The notes beneath the pieces were generated by a model, which worked only from the letters and a program-made list of their open reading frames with translations, was not told the origin of the DNA and searched no databases. Made by a program: the position numbers and the translations under genes. A DNA stretch of 64,000 nucleotides. Origin: Nitrospirota bacterium (GTDB lineage: Bacteria > Nitrospirota > JACRHJ01). Shown here in pieces: positions 1 to 8,477 of the stretch (the first letter of the stretch is position 1; the number at the start of each line of letters is the position of its first letter). Location of the stretch: the NCBI GenBank assembly GCA_049801375.1, contig JBARKJ010000042.1, forward strand, positions 28,703-92,702. Reading direction: 5' to 3'.

Positions 1-249
1 GCTCGGTTTCCGAAAGTTCGGTGATATCAACCCCGCCTACATGAATGCTCCCGCTGTCCACATTATCCAGCCCGGCGATTAAGTTTAAGAGCGTGCTTTT
101 GCCGGAGCCGGACGGCCCCATCAGGGCGACGAACTCGCCTTCCGATATATCGAAAGTCAAATCCTGCAACACCGGCACAACCTGGATTCCCCGGCGGTAG
201 GACTTCGTGACGTTACTTACCTGTACTACAGGCTCTTTATTATTCGCCA
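1..249 (-). CDS. ABC transporter ATP-binding protein, MacB/LolD type; partial, extends past the window's left edge
   Basis: Reverse translation from the ATG at 249 gives [21 protein letters not shown]...[20 protein letters not shown]. This is a Walker A/P-loop ABC ATPase N-terminus. It starts 3 nt after the stop of the upstream membrane-fusion gene. Confidence 0.7.
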
Positions 250-252
250 TCG

Positions 253-1551
253 TTATTCCACGGCTTCTTTTATCTTGGAGCCGTTCTTTAATTTGTCCAC
301 GTTGCTTACCGCGACCTTGTCACCCGTCTTCAGGCCGGAGGTTACTTCCACCCAGTCCCCCAGTTTTTTGCCGATGCTTACAGGTGTATAGACCGCCCGC
401 CCCTCCTTTATCACGAAGACCGCCTGCCTTCCGTTCCGGTTGGTCAGTGCGGCGGGGTTTACGGCCAATAGCGGTTTCTCGTCTTCCGGGCTTGGCCAAT
501 GCGCGAGAAACGCCACCTTCGCGCTCATCTCCGGCAGTATCCGCGGGTCCTTCTCCAGGAATTTTACTTTCACCATGACCGAAGCCTTAGTCCGGTCCGC
601 GGTGGGCACGATTACGGATACCTCGCCCTTGAACCTCTTGCCGGGCAGGGCGTCGAGCTGGACCTCGCAAGGCTGTCCTTCGTGAACCAGTTCGAGGTTC
701 GCCTCCGAGACATCCGCCTCCACCTCAAGCGAATTCATGTCGGCGATTGTAACCACCGCGGCCTGGGCGTTGACTGAGGCCCCTATGGGCGTTACGATGT
801 CGCCGATATCCGCGTTTTTCGTCAGGACCACCGCATCGAACGGCGCCCGGATGAGGGTATATTCCACGTTCGCTTCCGCCCCCTTCAGCGCCGCGGCGGA
901 GCCCGATATCGCCGCGCCTGCCTCCTTTTTGGCCGCCTCGTTCGCGCGTATGGCGGCCTTCGCGCCTTCGACGCCGGCGATTGCCTTTTTATACCTCGCC
1001 TCGGCTGAATCGTAATCGGACTTTGCGACGAACCCCTTCTTCAAGAGGTCTCTCTGACGGTCGATGTTCAGCTTCGCGTCGTTTAGTTCCGCCTGTGCCT
1101 GGTCGAGCGCCGCCATCGCGTTTATTACGTTCGCCGAAGCCTGTTTCAGCGCGTCGCGGGAACTGGAGAGATTTGCCTTCGCCTGGGCCTCGGCCGCAAG
1201 CACGTCCTGCTTTTCAAGACGCGCGATTATCTCGCCCTTCTTCACGTGAGAACCCTCTTTTACGCCCAGCCACTCAAGCCTTCCCGTCACCTTGCCCGCC
1301 ACGGCCGCCTTGCGCTGCGCTACGACATACCCGCTCGCGTCCAGGCTGGTGAACGTCTGTGTCGGGTAGATCATTGACACGACGGCGGTCCTGACCTCGA
1401 CTTTAGGAGTAAGGACTCCCGTCGCCGCAAGAACTGCCGCAATGATGATTAACGCGACTACCACCCAGACAAATGGCCGCTTCCGCTTGCGTATGCCCGA
1501 TTTTGTTCCCGTTTTCTCTATCCTTAATTTATTTAAGTCTTCGTCGGCCAT
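253..1551 (-). CDS. Efflux periplasmic adaptor (HlyD/MacA-family membrane fusion protein)
   Basis: 432 aa. It has an N-terminal TM anchor, a long Ala/Lys-rich coiled-coil hairpin and a beta-barrel C-terminus, as in MacA/HlyD. It sits immediately upstream of the ABC ATPase as an operon. Confidence 0.8.
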   Translation of the reverse strand: MADEDLNKLRIEKTGTKSGIRKRKRPFVWVVVALIIIAAVLAATGVLTPKVEVRTAVVSMIYPTQTFTSLDASGYVVAQRKAAVAGKVTGRLEWLGVKEGSHVKKGEIIARLEKQDVLAAEAQAKANLSSSRDALKQASANVINAMAALDQAQAELNDAKLNIDRQRDLLKKGFVAKSDYDSAEARYKKAIAGVEGAKAAIRANEAAKKEAGAAISGSAAALKGAEANVEYTLIRAPFDAVVLTKNADIGDIVTPIGASVNAQAAVVTIADMNSLEVEADVSEANLELVHEGQPCEVQLDALPGKRFKGEVSVIVPTADRTKASVMVKVKFLEKDPRILPEMSAKVAFLAHWPSPEDEKPLLAVNPAALTNRNGRQAVFVIKEGRAVYTPVSIGKKLGDWVEVTSGLKTGDKVAVSNVDKLKNGSKIKEAVE

Positions 1552-1709
1552 TTATAATAGCTCCGGGGAAAATATTAGGTACCAACCGTTAATTTTACAT
1601 TATTATCAGGGAATTATCAATAAAATCGGGCGGTAGAAACGACGAAAGAGAGACGTGGTAAAAAGGAGTGTGGCCTAGTCAGGGCGGTCTGGCCGTGTTT
1701 ACGGCTTTT

Positions 1710-2939
1710 TTATACCTTGGGCACCGTGAAATAAAAGGTGCTGCCCTTACCCTTGTCCGAATAGGCCCATATCGTGCCGCCGCATTTTTCCACAAGTTTT
1801 TTGCAGATGGACAGGCCGAGCCCCGAGCCGGGAATATTCGCCGCCTCGCGGGAGCGGTAAAGCGGGTAGAAAATTTTTTCCAAATCGTCCGTATTTATAC
1901 CCGGACCGGAATCCTTCACCGAGAACTGATAAAAGATATCCTTTTCCTGACAACCGATCTCAATTACCGGCCTGCGGTCGCCGGGAGTATATTTGACGGC
2001 GTTGCTTATCAGGTTGGACAATATCCTCTTGAGGCTGAACGGAGGATACTCTATAAGCGGGATATTTTCCTCAAACTTTATTTCGACGTCCTCTTTTGTT
2101 GGCAGGTCCATTTCGGAGACGAGGTTCAAAACGAATTCCTTTAAATCTATGGTTTCAGGATGTTCTTCTACGCGTCCGGTCGAGTTCGCGAAATCACCGA
2201 AGCTCGCGATGAGATGCTCGATGTATTCGGCGTTACTGTAAATCCTTTCGACCATTACCGGGACATCGTCTTTAAGCCGGTCCGAATATTTTAAGGTGAT
2301 AAGCTCCGAAAAACCCTTTATCGACGTGAGCGGGCTCCTTAAATCGTGTATTATCCGCTGGACGACAGCCAGCAGCTCGCCTTCCTTTTCTTTACCGGCG
2401 GCAATTGAGTGGATGTAAAGACCAATCTCTGAGGCGACATTTTCTATAAACTGGACCTGTCTTCTCTGAATGGCACTTGCTTCCCTGGCCACGAAATGAA
2501 TTGCACCGAAATACCGGTGGGCAAAACGGACAGGCACAACACCCAGGCATTCCCAGCCGCATCGGACGCACTCACCCCTGAACTTTCCGGTCCGCATCCC
2601 ATCCAGGACAGGCGTCAATGACTGTAAATTATCCGTAAAAAAGGAGCCGTAGGGAGTATAAAATGGCAGGTCGGGGTCGTATTTTCCTTCTATTATTTCG
2701 ATGCATTCGCAACTGTGGGCTCTTACGCTTAAAAAATTCTCCCTGGCCAGGAATTTATCGTTAAAACCGACAGCTACAGCGTATGGAATATTGCCTTGAC
2801 TGTCCTTTATCCTTATTCCAAGCGCTCCGCATCCCAGGTAATCTTTAAGTTTTAGTGCAATCTGCTCCAGGACATGGCTTATCTCTTTTTTCTCATTTAA
2901 AAGATTCAGTATCTCCGCATTAATAAGCTGCTCTTCCAT
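1710..2939 (-). CDS. Cytoplasmic GAF-domain sensor histidine kinase (HisKA + HATPase_c)
   Basis: Trimmed to the MEEQLINAEIL start (ATG 2939). The GAF-like N-terminal domain carries CxC and CxxCxxxC cysteines. The H-box is IHDLRSPLTSI and the ATPase motifs are DSGPGI and GSGLGLSICKKLVE. Confidence 0.75.
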   Translation of the reverse strand: MEEQLINAEILNLLNEKKEISHVLEQIALKLKDYLGCGALGIRIKDSQGNIPYAVAVGFNDKFLARENFLSVRAHSCECIEIIEGKYDPDLPFYTPYGSFFTDNLQSLTPVLDGMRTGKFRGECVRCGWECLGVVPVRFAHRYFGAIHFVAREASAIQRRQVQFIENVASEIGLYIHSIAAGKEKEGELLAVVQRIIHDLRSPLTSIKGFSELITLKYSDRLKDDVPVMVERIYSNAEYIEHLIASFGDFANSTGRVEEHPETIDLKEFVLNLVSEMDLPTKEDVEIKFEENIPLIEYPPFSLKRILSNLISNAVKYTPGDRRPVIEIGCQEKDIFYQFSVKDSGPGINTDDLEKIFYPLYRSREAANIPGSGLGLSICKKLVEKCGGTIWAYSDKGKGSTFYFTVPKV

Positions 2940-3081
2940 GTTTACGAAATTAGCATAAACAGCATGAAATATCAATGGAAAAGCAGGTAAATACGGGCAA
3001 AAACACAATAATAGGAATAAGTGCTATACTTAATAACAGGTGTATCGGCACGGCAAAAAAAGATAGTAGAGGAGGAAGGTC

Positions 3082-4044
3082 ATGAAGATATTCATTGCAG
3101 GGGCAAGCGGCTTTCTGGGTTCGGCCGTAACGAAAGAACTTGCCGACAGAGGGCATAACGTCACCGGTCTGGTCCAGACCGATGAATATAAGTCCATTAA
3201 ACAAAAGGGAGTTAACTATATTAAGGGCGACCTTTTGGAATCAGGGGAGTGGTGCGACAAGATAAGGGAAGCGGATAAGGTAATCAGCCTTATCAACCCG
3301 TTCGATGCCGCCGAAAAAATTCCCAGGGACAAGGTCGAAGCATATTCGAGAAAGCATACCGAAGAGGTGGCAAACCTTATCAAAGCGGCCTCCGACGGCA
3401 ATGCAAAGACGGTCATTGCGACTTTTCATACGGACTGCTATGGCAACCGTCACGGCAAATGGACATCCGATGCCGACGCGGTCGATCCGATCGGGTTCTG
3501 CAGGCCGATTGAAGGCTCACTGAAGGTAGTGGATGAACTGGCGGAGGAAACGGGCCTGAATACGATCAGGGTCTTTCCGGCGATGGTCTACGGAAACGGC
3601 GGATGGTTCAAGGGGCTGATTGAGAACTTGAAGGCGGGTAAGGCGAAGCTCGTAGAGCCTGGCGACAACTACCTGAACCTCATCCACATCGACGACGTAG
3701 CCGGACTATATGCCGAGATAGTCGAGAACGTGAACAACAGCGACGTCTTCACGCTGTCCGACGACAGGCCGGTCACTCAAAGGAACCTGATGAGCCATAT
3801 AACAGCGCTCATGGGCCTGCCGGAGCCGAAGATGGTGGACTTCAACACCTACGCCAAGGAGTTCGGCTGGATTCAGGCTGAGAGCATGTCTTCATCGACG
3901 AGAGTGCCGGGCATTAGGGCCATAGACATGTTCGGCTACGCCATGAAGGCGCGGAGCTATGAACAGGGCGTGTTGATGACCTTAAAATCCATGGGCGTGG
4001 AAGTAAGCGAGGAGGCAATCGAGAAGCTCTTGAAAGCCGCCTGA
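3082..4044 (+). CDS. NAD(P)-dependent epimerase/dehydratase family protein (atypical SDR)
   Basis: 320 aa. The N-terminal Rossmann motif is IAGASGFLGSAV. The RBS gaggagg sits 8 nt upstream of the ATG. Confidence 0.7.
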   Translation: MKIFIAGASGFLGSAVTKELADRGHNVTGLVQTDEYKSIKQKGVNYIKGDLLESGEWCDKIREADKVISLINPFDAAEKIPRDKVEAYSRKHTEEVANLIKAASDGNAKTVIATFHTDCYGNRHGKWTSDADAVDPIGFCRPIEGSLKVVDELAEETGLNTIRVFPAMVYGNGGWFKGLIENLKAGKAKLVEPGDNYLNLIHIDDVAGLYAEIVENVNNSDVFTLSDDRPVTQRNLMSHITALMGLPEPKMVDFNTYAKEFGWIQAESMSSSTRVPGIRAIDMFGYAMKARSYEQGVLMTLKSMGVEVSEEAIEKLLKAA

Positions 4045-4077
4045 AAATGCTTTTTTGAAAAATGCGGGGTGTATTGC

Positions 4078-4614
4078 TTAGAAGAAGCTCTCCGGGACGT
4101 TTATCACGTCGTCCGGCTTGACAGGGTCGCTCATATTGGCGCTCATCGTGGACTCTTGGCCGTCCACCCTGCGAGTTATTTTTGTCCTGCCGGGGGCCGC
4201 TTTATCAGTCAGGCCCCCTGCTAGGGCAATGGCCTTAAGCACAGTCGTATCGGGATCCGCCTTGTACGAGCCGGGTTTTTGTACCTCTCCGGTTACATAA
4301 ACCACGTTCTTCGTCTCAGTGATCAGGATGTTGACATGCGGGTTCCGAATGTAGCCCTTGGACAGTAGATTGGCTATCCTCTTCTCCGCTTGGTGCACGC
4401 TAAGCCCGCCAACATTGGCTTCCCCTATGAGCGGGAAGGTTATTGTACCTTCTGAACTTACTAACGTTTCGGTGGTGAGGTCGTCATTGCCGTAAACGGT
4501 AATCTTCAGGAGGTCACCATTGGAAATGGCGGAGTCCTGCGCCATTCCCGAAATCGGGAACAGGTATAAAAACATTATAGCGAAAGCCATTATGAAGCGG
4601 TATCGTAGTTTCAT
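4078..4614 (-). CDS. Polysaccharide export protein, Wza-like periplasmic (Poly_export/SLBB domains)
   Basis: 178 aa. It has a signal peptide (MKLRYRFIMAFAIMFLYLFPISGMA). The motifs LKITVYG...LSSEGTITFPLIGEANVGGLS and NVVYVTGEVQKPGSY...TVLKAIALAGG are typical of Wza/GumB family exporters. Confidence 0.65.
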   Translation of the reverse strand: MKLRYRFIMAFAIMFLYLFPISGMAQDSAISNGDLLKITVYGNDDLTTETLVSSEGTITFPLIGEANVGGLSVHQAEKRIANLLSKGYIRNPHVNILITETKNVVYVTGEVQKPGSYKADPDTTVLKAIALAGGLTDKAAPGRTKITRRVDGQESTMSANMSDPVKPDDVINVPESFF

Positions 4615-4731
4615 TATGTTTTAAATATATAATGAGATTCATTAGGTTTGTCAAATCCCGTTAATTAAAATTAATTCCGTTTTAATAATTCCTTAATGAA
4701 AACTTGTTATAATAGTACCTAATATCATCAG

Positions 4732-5577
4732 TTGGTCTTAATTTTGAACCTGCTATCTGGGCTGGAAAGGACACCCCCCCCCGTGAAAACCGAAAAAGTT
4801 AAATATGACCCGCCGTCTGAAGTTTCCCCGGATGAGAAGAAATGGGTTGAGCAAGAAAGAAATAACTTTCTGGCCATGGTAACGCATGATTTTAAATCGC
4901 CCCTTACAGTCATGATGGGCTACACCGAGTTGATAGCCACGCATGAAGGTCTGGATAGCAATCTCTCGGAAATGTGCGCTCACATACTAAAGAACGGGGA
5001 AAAGCTGCTGGGAATGGTGGACGATTTCACATTTCATGTAAAACTGCAATCCGGCGTTTTGACACCTGAATTTGCCTCTACAGATTTAAATGCAGTATTA
5101 AAGGAAGTAAAAAAAGAATTCTCTGTCCAGGCTGCTAAAAAGCGCCAGATAATCGAGATGGAGCTTGCAGAAGGCTTCCCATTTGCTTTTCTGGATAGAA
5201 AACTTATTGAAAGAGCGATTGACAACCTTCTGCAAAACGCAATCAATTACACGCCCGAAGGAGGACGGATATCTCTTAAAACCGAATATCACGTAATTGG
5301 GAATCGGAGTTTCCCGGTCATGTCCGTATCGGACACGGGTCCTGGAATACCGCCGGAGCAGATTTCACAGCTTTTTGATATGTATTTTCGTTCTCAAAAT
5401 ACCGGAGGCGTAAGGGGCGCCGGACTGGGGCTTACGATAGTCAAAGCCGTGGCAGAAGCGCACGGCGGGCATGTCGAGGTTGACAGCGAATTAGGAAAGG
5501 GAAGCACATTCTATATCCATCTGCCGTCAGTAGCGGTGGACATGTTCCGCGAGCATAGCGTCACGGCCGCTGTATAA
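4732..5577 (+). CDS. Soluble histidine kinase (HisKA + HATPase_c, no sensor domain)
   Basis: 281 aa. The H-box is VTHDFKSPLTV, the N-box is LLQNAINYT, G1 is DTGPGI and G2 is GAGLGLTIVKAV. No TM segments. Confidence 0.75.
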   Translation: MVLILNLLSGLERTPPPVKTEKVKYDPPSEVSPDEKKWVEQERNNFLAMVTHDFKSPLTVMMGYTELIATHEGLDSNLSEMCAHILKNGEKLLGMVDDFTFHVKLQSGVLTPEFASTDLNAVLKEVKKEFSVQAAKKRQIIEMELAEGFPFAFLDRKLIERAIDNLLQNAINYTPEGGRISLKTEYHVIGNRSFPVMSVSDTGPGIPPEQISQLFDMYFRSQNTGGVRGAGLGLTIVKAVAEAHGGHVEVDSELGKGSTFYIHLPSVAVDMFREHSVTAAV

Positions 5578-5644
5578 CGTTAAAGTTTTAGTTCCATAAA
5601 AATTGCACCACGGTTGTCTCGGTTTTTAGGTGAGTCAAAAAGGG

Positions 5645-7423
5645 TCAAGCCTTCAACATTTCGTGAACCGCGCCGAGAAGTTTCGTAATTTTATAAGGCT
5701 TCTCCAGGATGGCGGTCTTGCCCGGTCCGTTGTTTATTTCCATCAGGTCAATTTCATGGTAACCGCTAAGGAGCAGGATGTTGACGTCTCCCCTTATCCT
5801 TCTGATCTCTTTCGCCGCCTCGTCTCCCCGTACGTGCGGCATAATCAGGTCTAGAATCACGGCAGATATAGTATCTGAATTCTTACCGAAGATTTTGATA
5901 GCCTCTGTCCCGTCCACCGCCGTCAAGACGCTGTAACCCGCGCCCTCAAGCACTTTTTTCGCCATCAACAGCGAGTCTTTTTCATCGTCGGCGAGTAGTA
6001 TAGTGCCCTTGCCGCTCCAGATGTCTTTGGAAATAGGTTTCGCCGCAGCTACTTCCACCGCCTTCGCGGGGACAGGCAGCAGTATTCTGAACGTTGCACC
6101 GCAACCCTCCTCGCTCTCAAGAGCGATGGTCCCGCCGTGCGCGCAGACTATCCCGAAAACTGCCGAAAGCCCAATTCCCCGGCCTGTGAATTTCGTGGTA
6201 AAAAAAGGCTCGAAAATCCTCTTCCGCGTCTCCGGGCTCATGCCGCAGCCTGTGTCCGCGACTTCGACATAAACATATTCCCCCTCGGAGATGCCGTGTT
6301 TGTACAGGCTGTCAAGGTATTTTCGGTCCGCATACATTTTCCCGGTCGAGACCCTTATGCTCCCTTTGCGATCTCCGATTGCGTCCGAGGCGTTGATTAT
6401 AAGGTTCATAACTATCTGTTGCATGCTCTGAGGGTCGGCCATTATTGCAGGAAGGTCTTCCGATAGCCTGAATTCAAGTTCGGCGCTCTTTGTAATCGAG
6501 GCCAGCAGGAAGTGGGCGGTATCGCTTACGACATCGTTTATTTGGACGGGCTCTCTTTTCGCAGGCGCCTTGCTGGTGAAGCTCAGTATCTGTTTGGAGA
6601 AGTTCGTTACTTTATCCGTCGCCTTCTCTATATCGGCCACGTATTCGCGCGCCGGGGAACCGTTAGGGAGCGCATGCAGCGCAAGTCCCGCATTTCCCAT
6701 TACTGCGACCATGAGGTTGTTCAGATCGTGCGCAATCCCGCCAGCCAGCACACGAAGGCTTTCAAGTTTCTGCATTTGAAGCGCCCGTTCCTCCGCGCGT
6801 TTACGCTCTTCGCTCTCGGCCACAAGGGCGGCTGTTCTTTCCTCAACCTTCTTTTCCAGGCTCTCGTTCAGAGATTCCAGTTCCTCCTGGACAGTCTTCA
6901 GCTCGCGGTTCTTCATCACTGCCGTCTCGTATGCGGAAATGAGGAGATCGAGTATCTGTTGACGCTCGGAGTTGATGAAATATTTCTGTCCCTTGAAGAT
7001 TATCTCCACCCCCATCTTCATCTTTGATTCCTTCCTGAGCTCGTCGTTGATCAGGATGTGATGGATCCGCGTGAGCAGATATTTTTCATCGTAGGGTTTC
7101 GTGATAAAGTTGTCGGCCCCGCATTCGAGCCCCCTCAGTATGTCTTCAGGATCGGAAAGGGCTGTCAGGAGAATGACGGGGATTTCCCTGAATCTTTCAT
7201 CCTCCTTGATTTTCCTGCAAAGCTGTAAACCGTCCATCTCCGGCATCATAATATCTGTGATGACGATGGTAGGTTTCCGGTGTTCCATCGCTTCAAGGGC
7301 CTCTCTCCCGTTACGCGCGAGTCGCACACTGTACCCGCCTCTTTCTATGGTGTACTTGAGACCCTCTGCCTGTGTCGGGCTATCTTCGACAATCAGGATT
7401 TCTGGTTTATCTTTACCTGTCAT
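5645..7423 (-). CDS. Hybrid signalling protein REC - coiled coil - HisKA/HATPase - REC
   Basis: Start taken at MTGKDKPEILIVEDS, right after the cheB stop. The N-terminal receiver has D...DIMMPEMDG. The coiled coil is followed by the H-box IAHDLNNLM and the ATPase motifs DTGCGM and GRGIGLSAVFGIV. The C-terminal receiver reads ILLADDE...ILDLIMP. Confidence 0.8.
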   Translation of the reverse strand: MTGKDKPEILIVEDSPTQAEGLKYTIERGGYSVRLARNGREALEAMEHRKPTIVITDIMMPEMDGLQLCRKIKEDERFREIPVILLTALSDPEDILRGLECGADNFITKPYDEKYLLTRIHHILINDELRKESKMKMGVEIIFKGQKYFINSERQQILDLLISAYETAVMKNRELKTVQEELESLNESLEKKVEERTAALVAESEERKRAEERALQMQKLESLRVLAGGIAHDLNNLMVAVMGNAGLALHALPNGSPAREYVADIEKATDKVTNFSKQILSFTSKAPAKREPVQINDVVSDTAHFLLASITKSAELEFRLSEDLPAIMADPQSMQQIVMNLIINASDAIGDRKGSIRVSTGKMYADRKYLDSLYKHGISEGEYVYVEVADTGCGMSPETRKRIFEPFFTTKFTGRGIGLSAVFGIVCAHGGTIALESEEGCGATFRILLPVPAKAVEVAAAKPISKDIWSGKGTILLADDEKDSLLMAKKVLEGAGYSVLTAVDGTEAIKIFGKNSDTISAVILDLIMPHVRGDEAAKEIRRIRGDVNILLLSGYHEIDLMEINNGPGKTAILEKPYKITKLLGAVHEMLKA

Positions 7424-8477
7424 GGTTCTCCTTGTTTCGGGCCAGCGTCTTAAGTGCGGCAATAATTTTATACGGGGGAAGGACGTACGTTGCCGCATCG
7501 AGCTCGACCGCAGCTCCTGGCATTCCGAAAATAAGCGAAGATTCCCTGTCCTGCGCTATCGTCACTGCGCCATTCGACCTCATCAGTTTCAACTCTGCGG
7601 CGCCGTCACTCCCCATGCCGGAGAGCAGGATGCCTACGGCGTTCCTGCCAAATGCCCCCGCTACCGACTGGAAGAGATAGGAGACCGAAGGCCTTGTCCT
7701 GAAGTTCGCATCCCTGTCGTCCAGAAAGGTTCTGCCGTCCGGGCGGACTCCTAAATTAAAGCCGTCTGGAGCGAAGTACGCCCGCCCGGGAAGGAGGATT
7801 TCCCCGCCCGAGGCTATCTGCAAAGGCACGCCGCTTGTTTCGGCCAGCCAATCAACCATTCCGTTTAAGAAGCCGGCCGCGATATGCTGGACTATCAAAA
7901 TCGGAAATGGAAAATCCTTCTGCATGGAATCCAGTATCGATTGTATAACGACAGGCCCGCCGGCAGAGGCGCCTATCGCGACAACGTCAAAGTCCGCAGA
8001 GTCTATTGCCGGATTCATATTGATCACAGGCATATCGAGATATGCTCCCGTTTTTTTATAAGGCCACCGCCTTACGACCTTGACTTCAGACATGAGCTTG
8101 ACCTTAAGGATCATCTCCGCGGCCATTTTATCCGCATCGGGATGTCCGATGCCGGCCGGTCTCTGCAAAATTGTTACGGCGCCCGCCTCCATTGCCTTAA
8201 AAGTGGTCTTTACTTCAGTCGGGTCCCATGCGCCACTCACAATCAATATGGGAAGCGGATTCGTCTCCATGATCCTGCGTGTAGCTTCAAGACCGTCCAT
8301 GACGGGCATGTTGATGTCCATGGTAACCACGTCAGGCTTCAGCCGGACGACAGCTTCCAGTGCCTCTCTTCCGTTGCCTGCCGTGCCGACGACCTCCATA
8401 CCCGGTCCGAAATTCAATATATGGACGAGATACTCCTTAACGACAGGAGAATCTTCGACAACCAGGACTTTTATCAT
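7413..8477 (-). CDS. cheB: Chemotaxis response regulator protein-glutamate methylesterase CheB
   Basis: 354 aa. The N-terminal REC reads VLVVEDSP...DINMPVMDG. The C-terminal methylesterase domain reads VVAIGASAGGP...ILIVQHIAAGF...GMGSDGA. Confidence 0.85.
   Translation of the reverse strand: MIKVLVVEDSPVVKEYLVHILNFGPGMEVVGTAGNGREALEAVVRLKPDVVTMDINMPVMDGLEATRRIMETNPLPILIVSGAWDPTEVKTTFKAMEAGAVTILQRPAGIGHPDADKMAAEMILKVKLMSEVKVVRRWPYKKTGAYLDMPVINMNPAIDSADFDVVAIGASAGGPVVIQSILDSMQKDFPFPILIVQHIAAGFLNGMVDWLAETSGVPLQIASGGEILLPGRAYFAPDGFNLGVRPDGRTFLDDRDANFRTRPSVSYLFQSVAGAFGRNAVGILLSGMGSDGAAELKLMRSNGAVTIAQDRESSLIFGMPGAAVELDAATYVLPPYKIIAALKTLARNKENHDR

Noticed and set aside
1552-1709. Possible terminator between the membrane-fusion protein gene and the GAF kinase
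   Set aside because: Only a weak GGCC...GGCC stem is present, without a convincing U-run on either strand.
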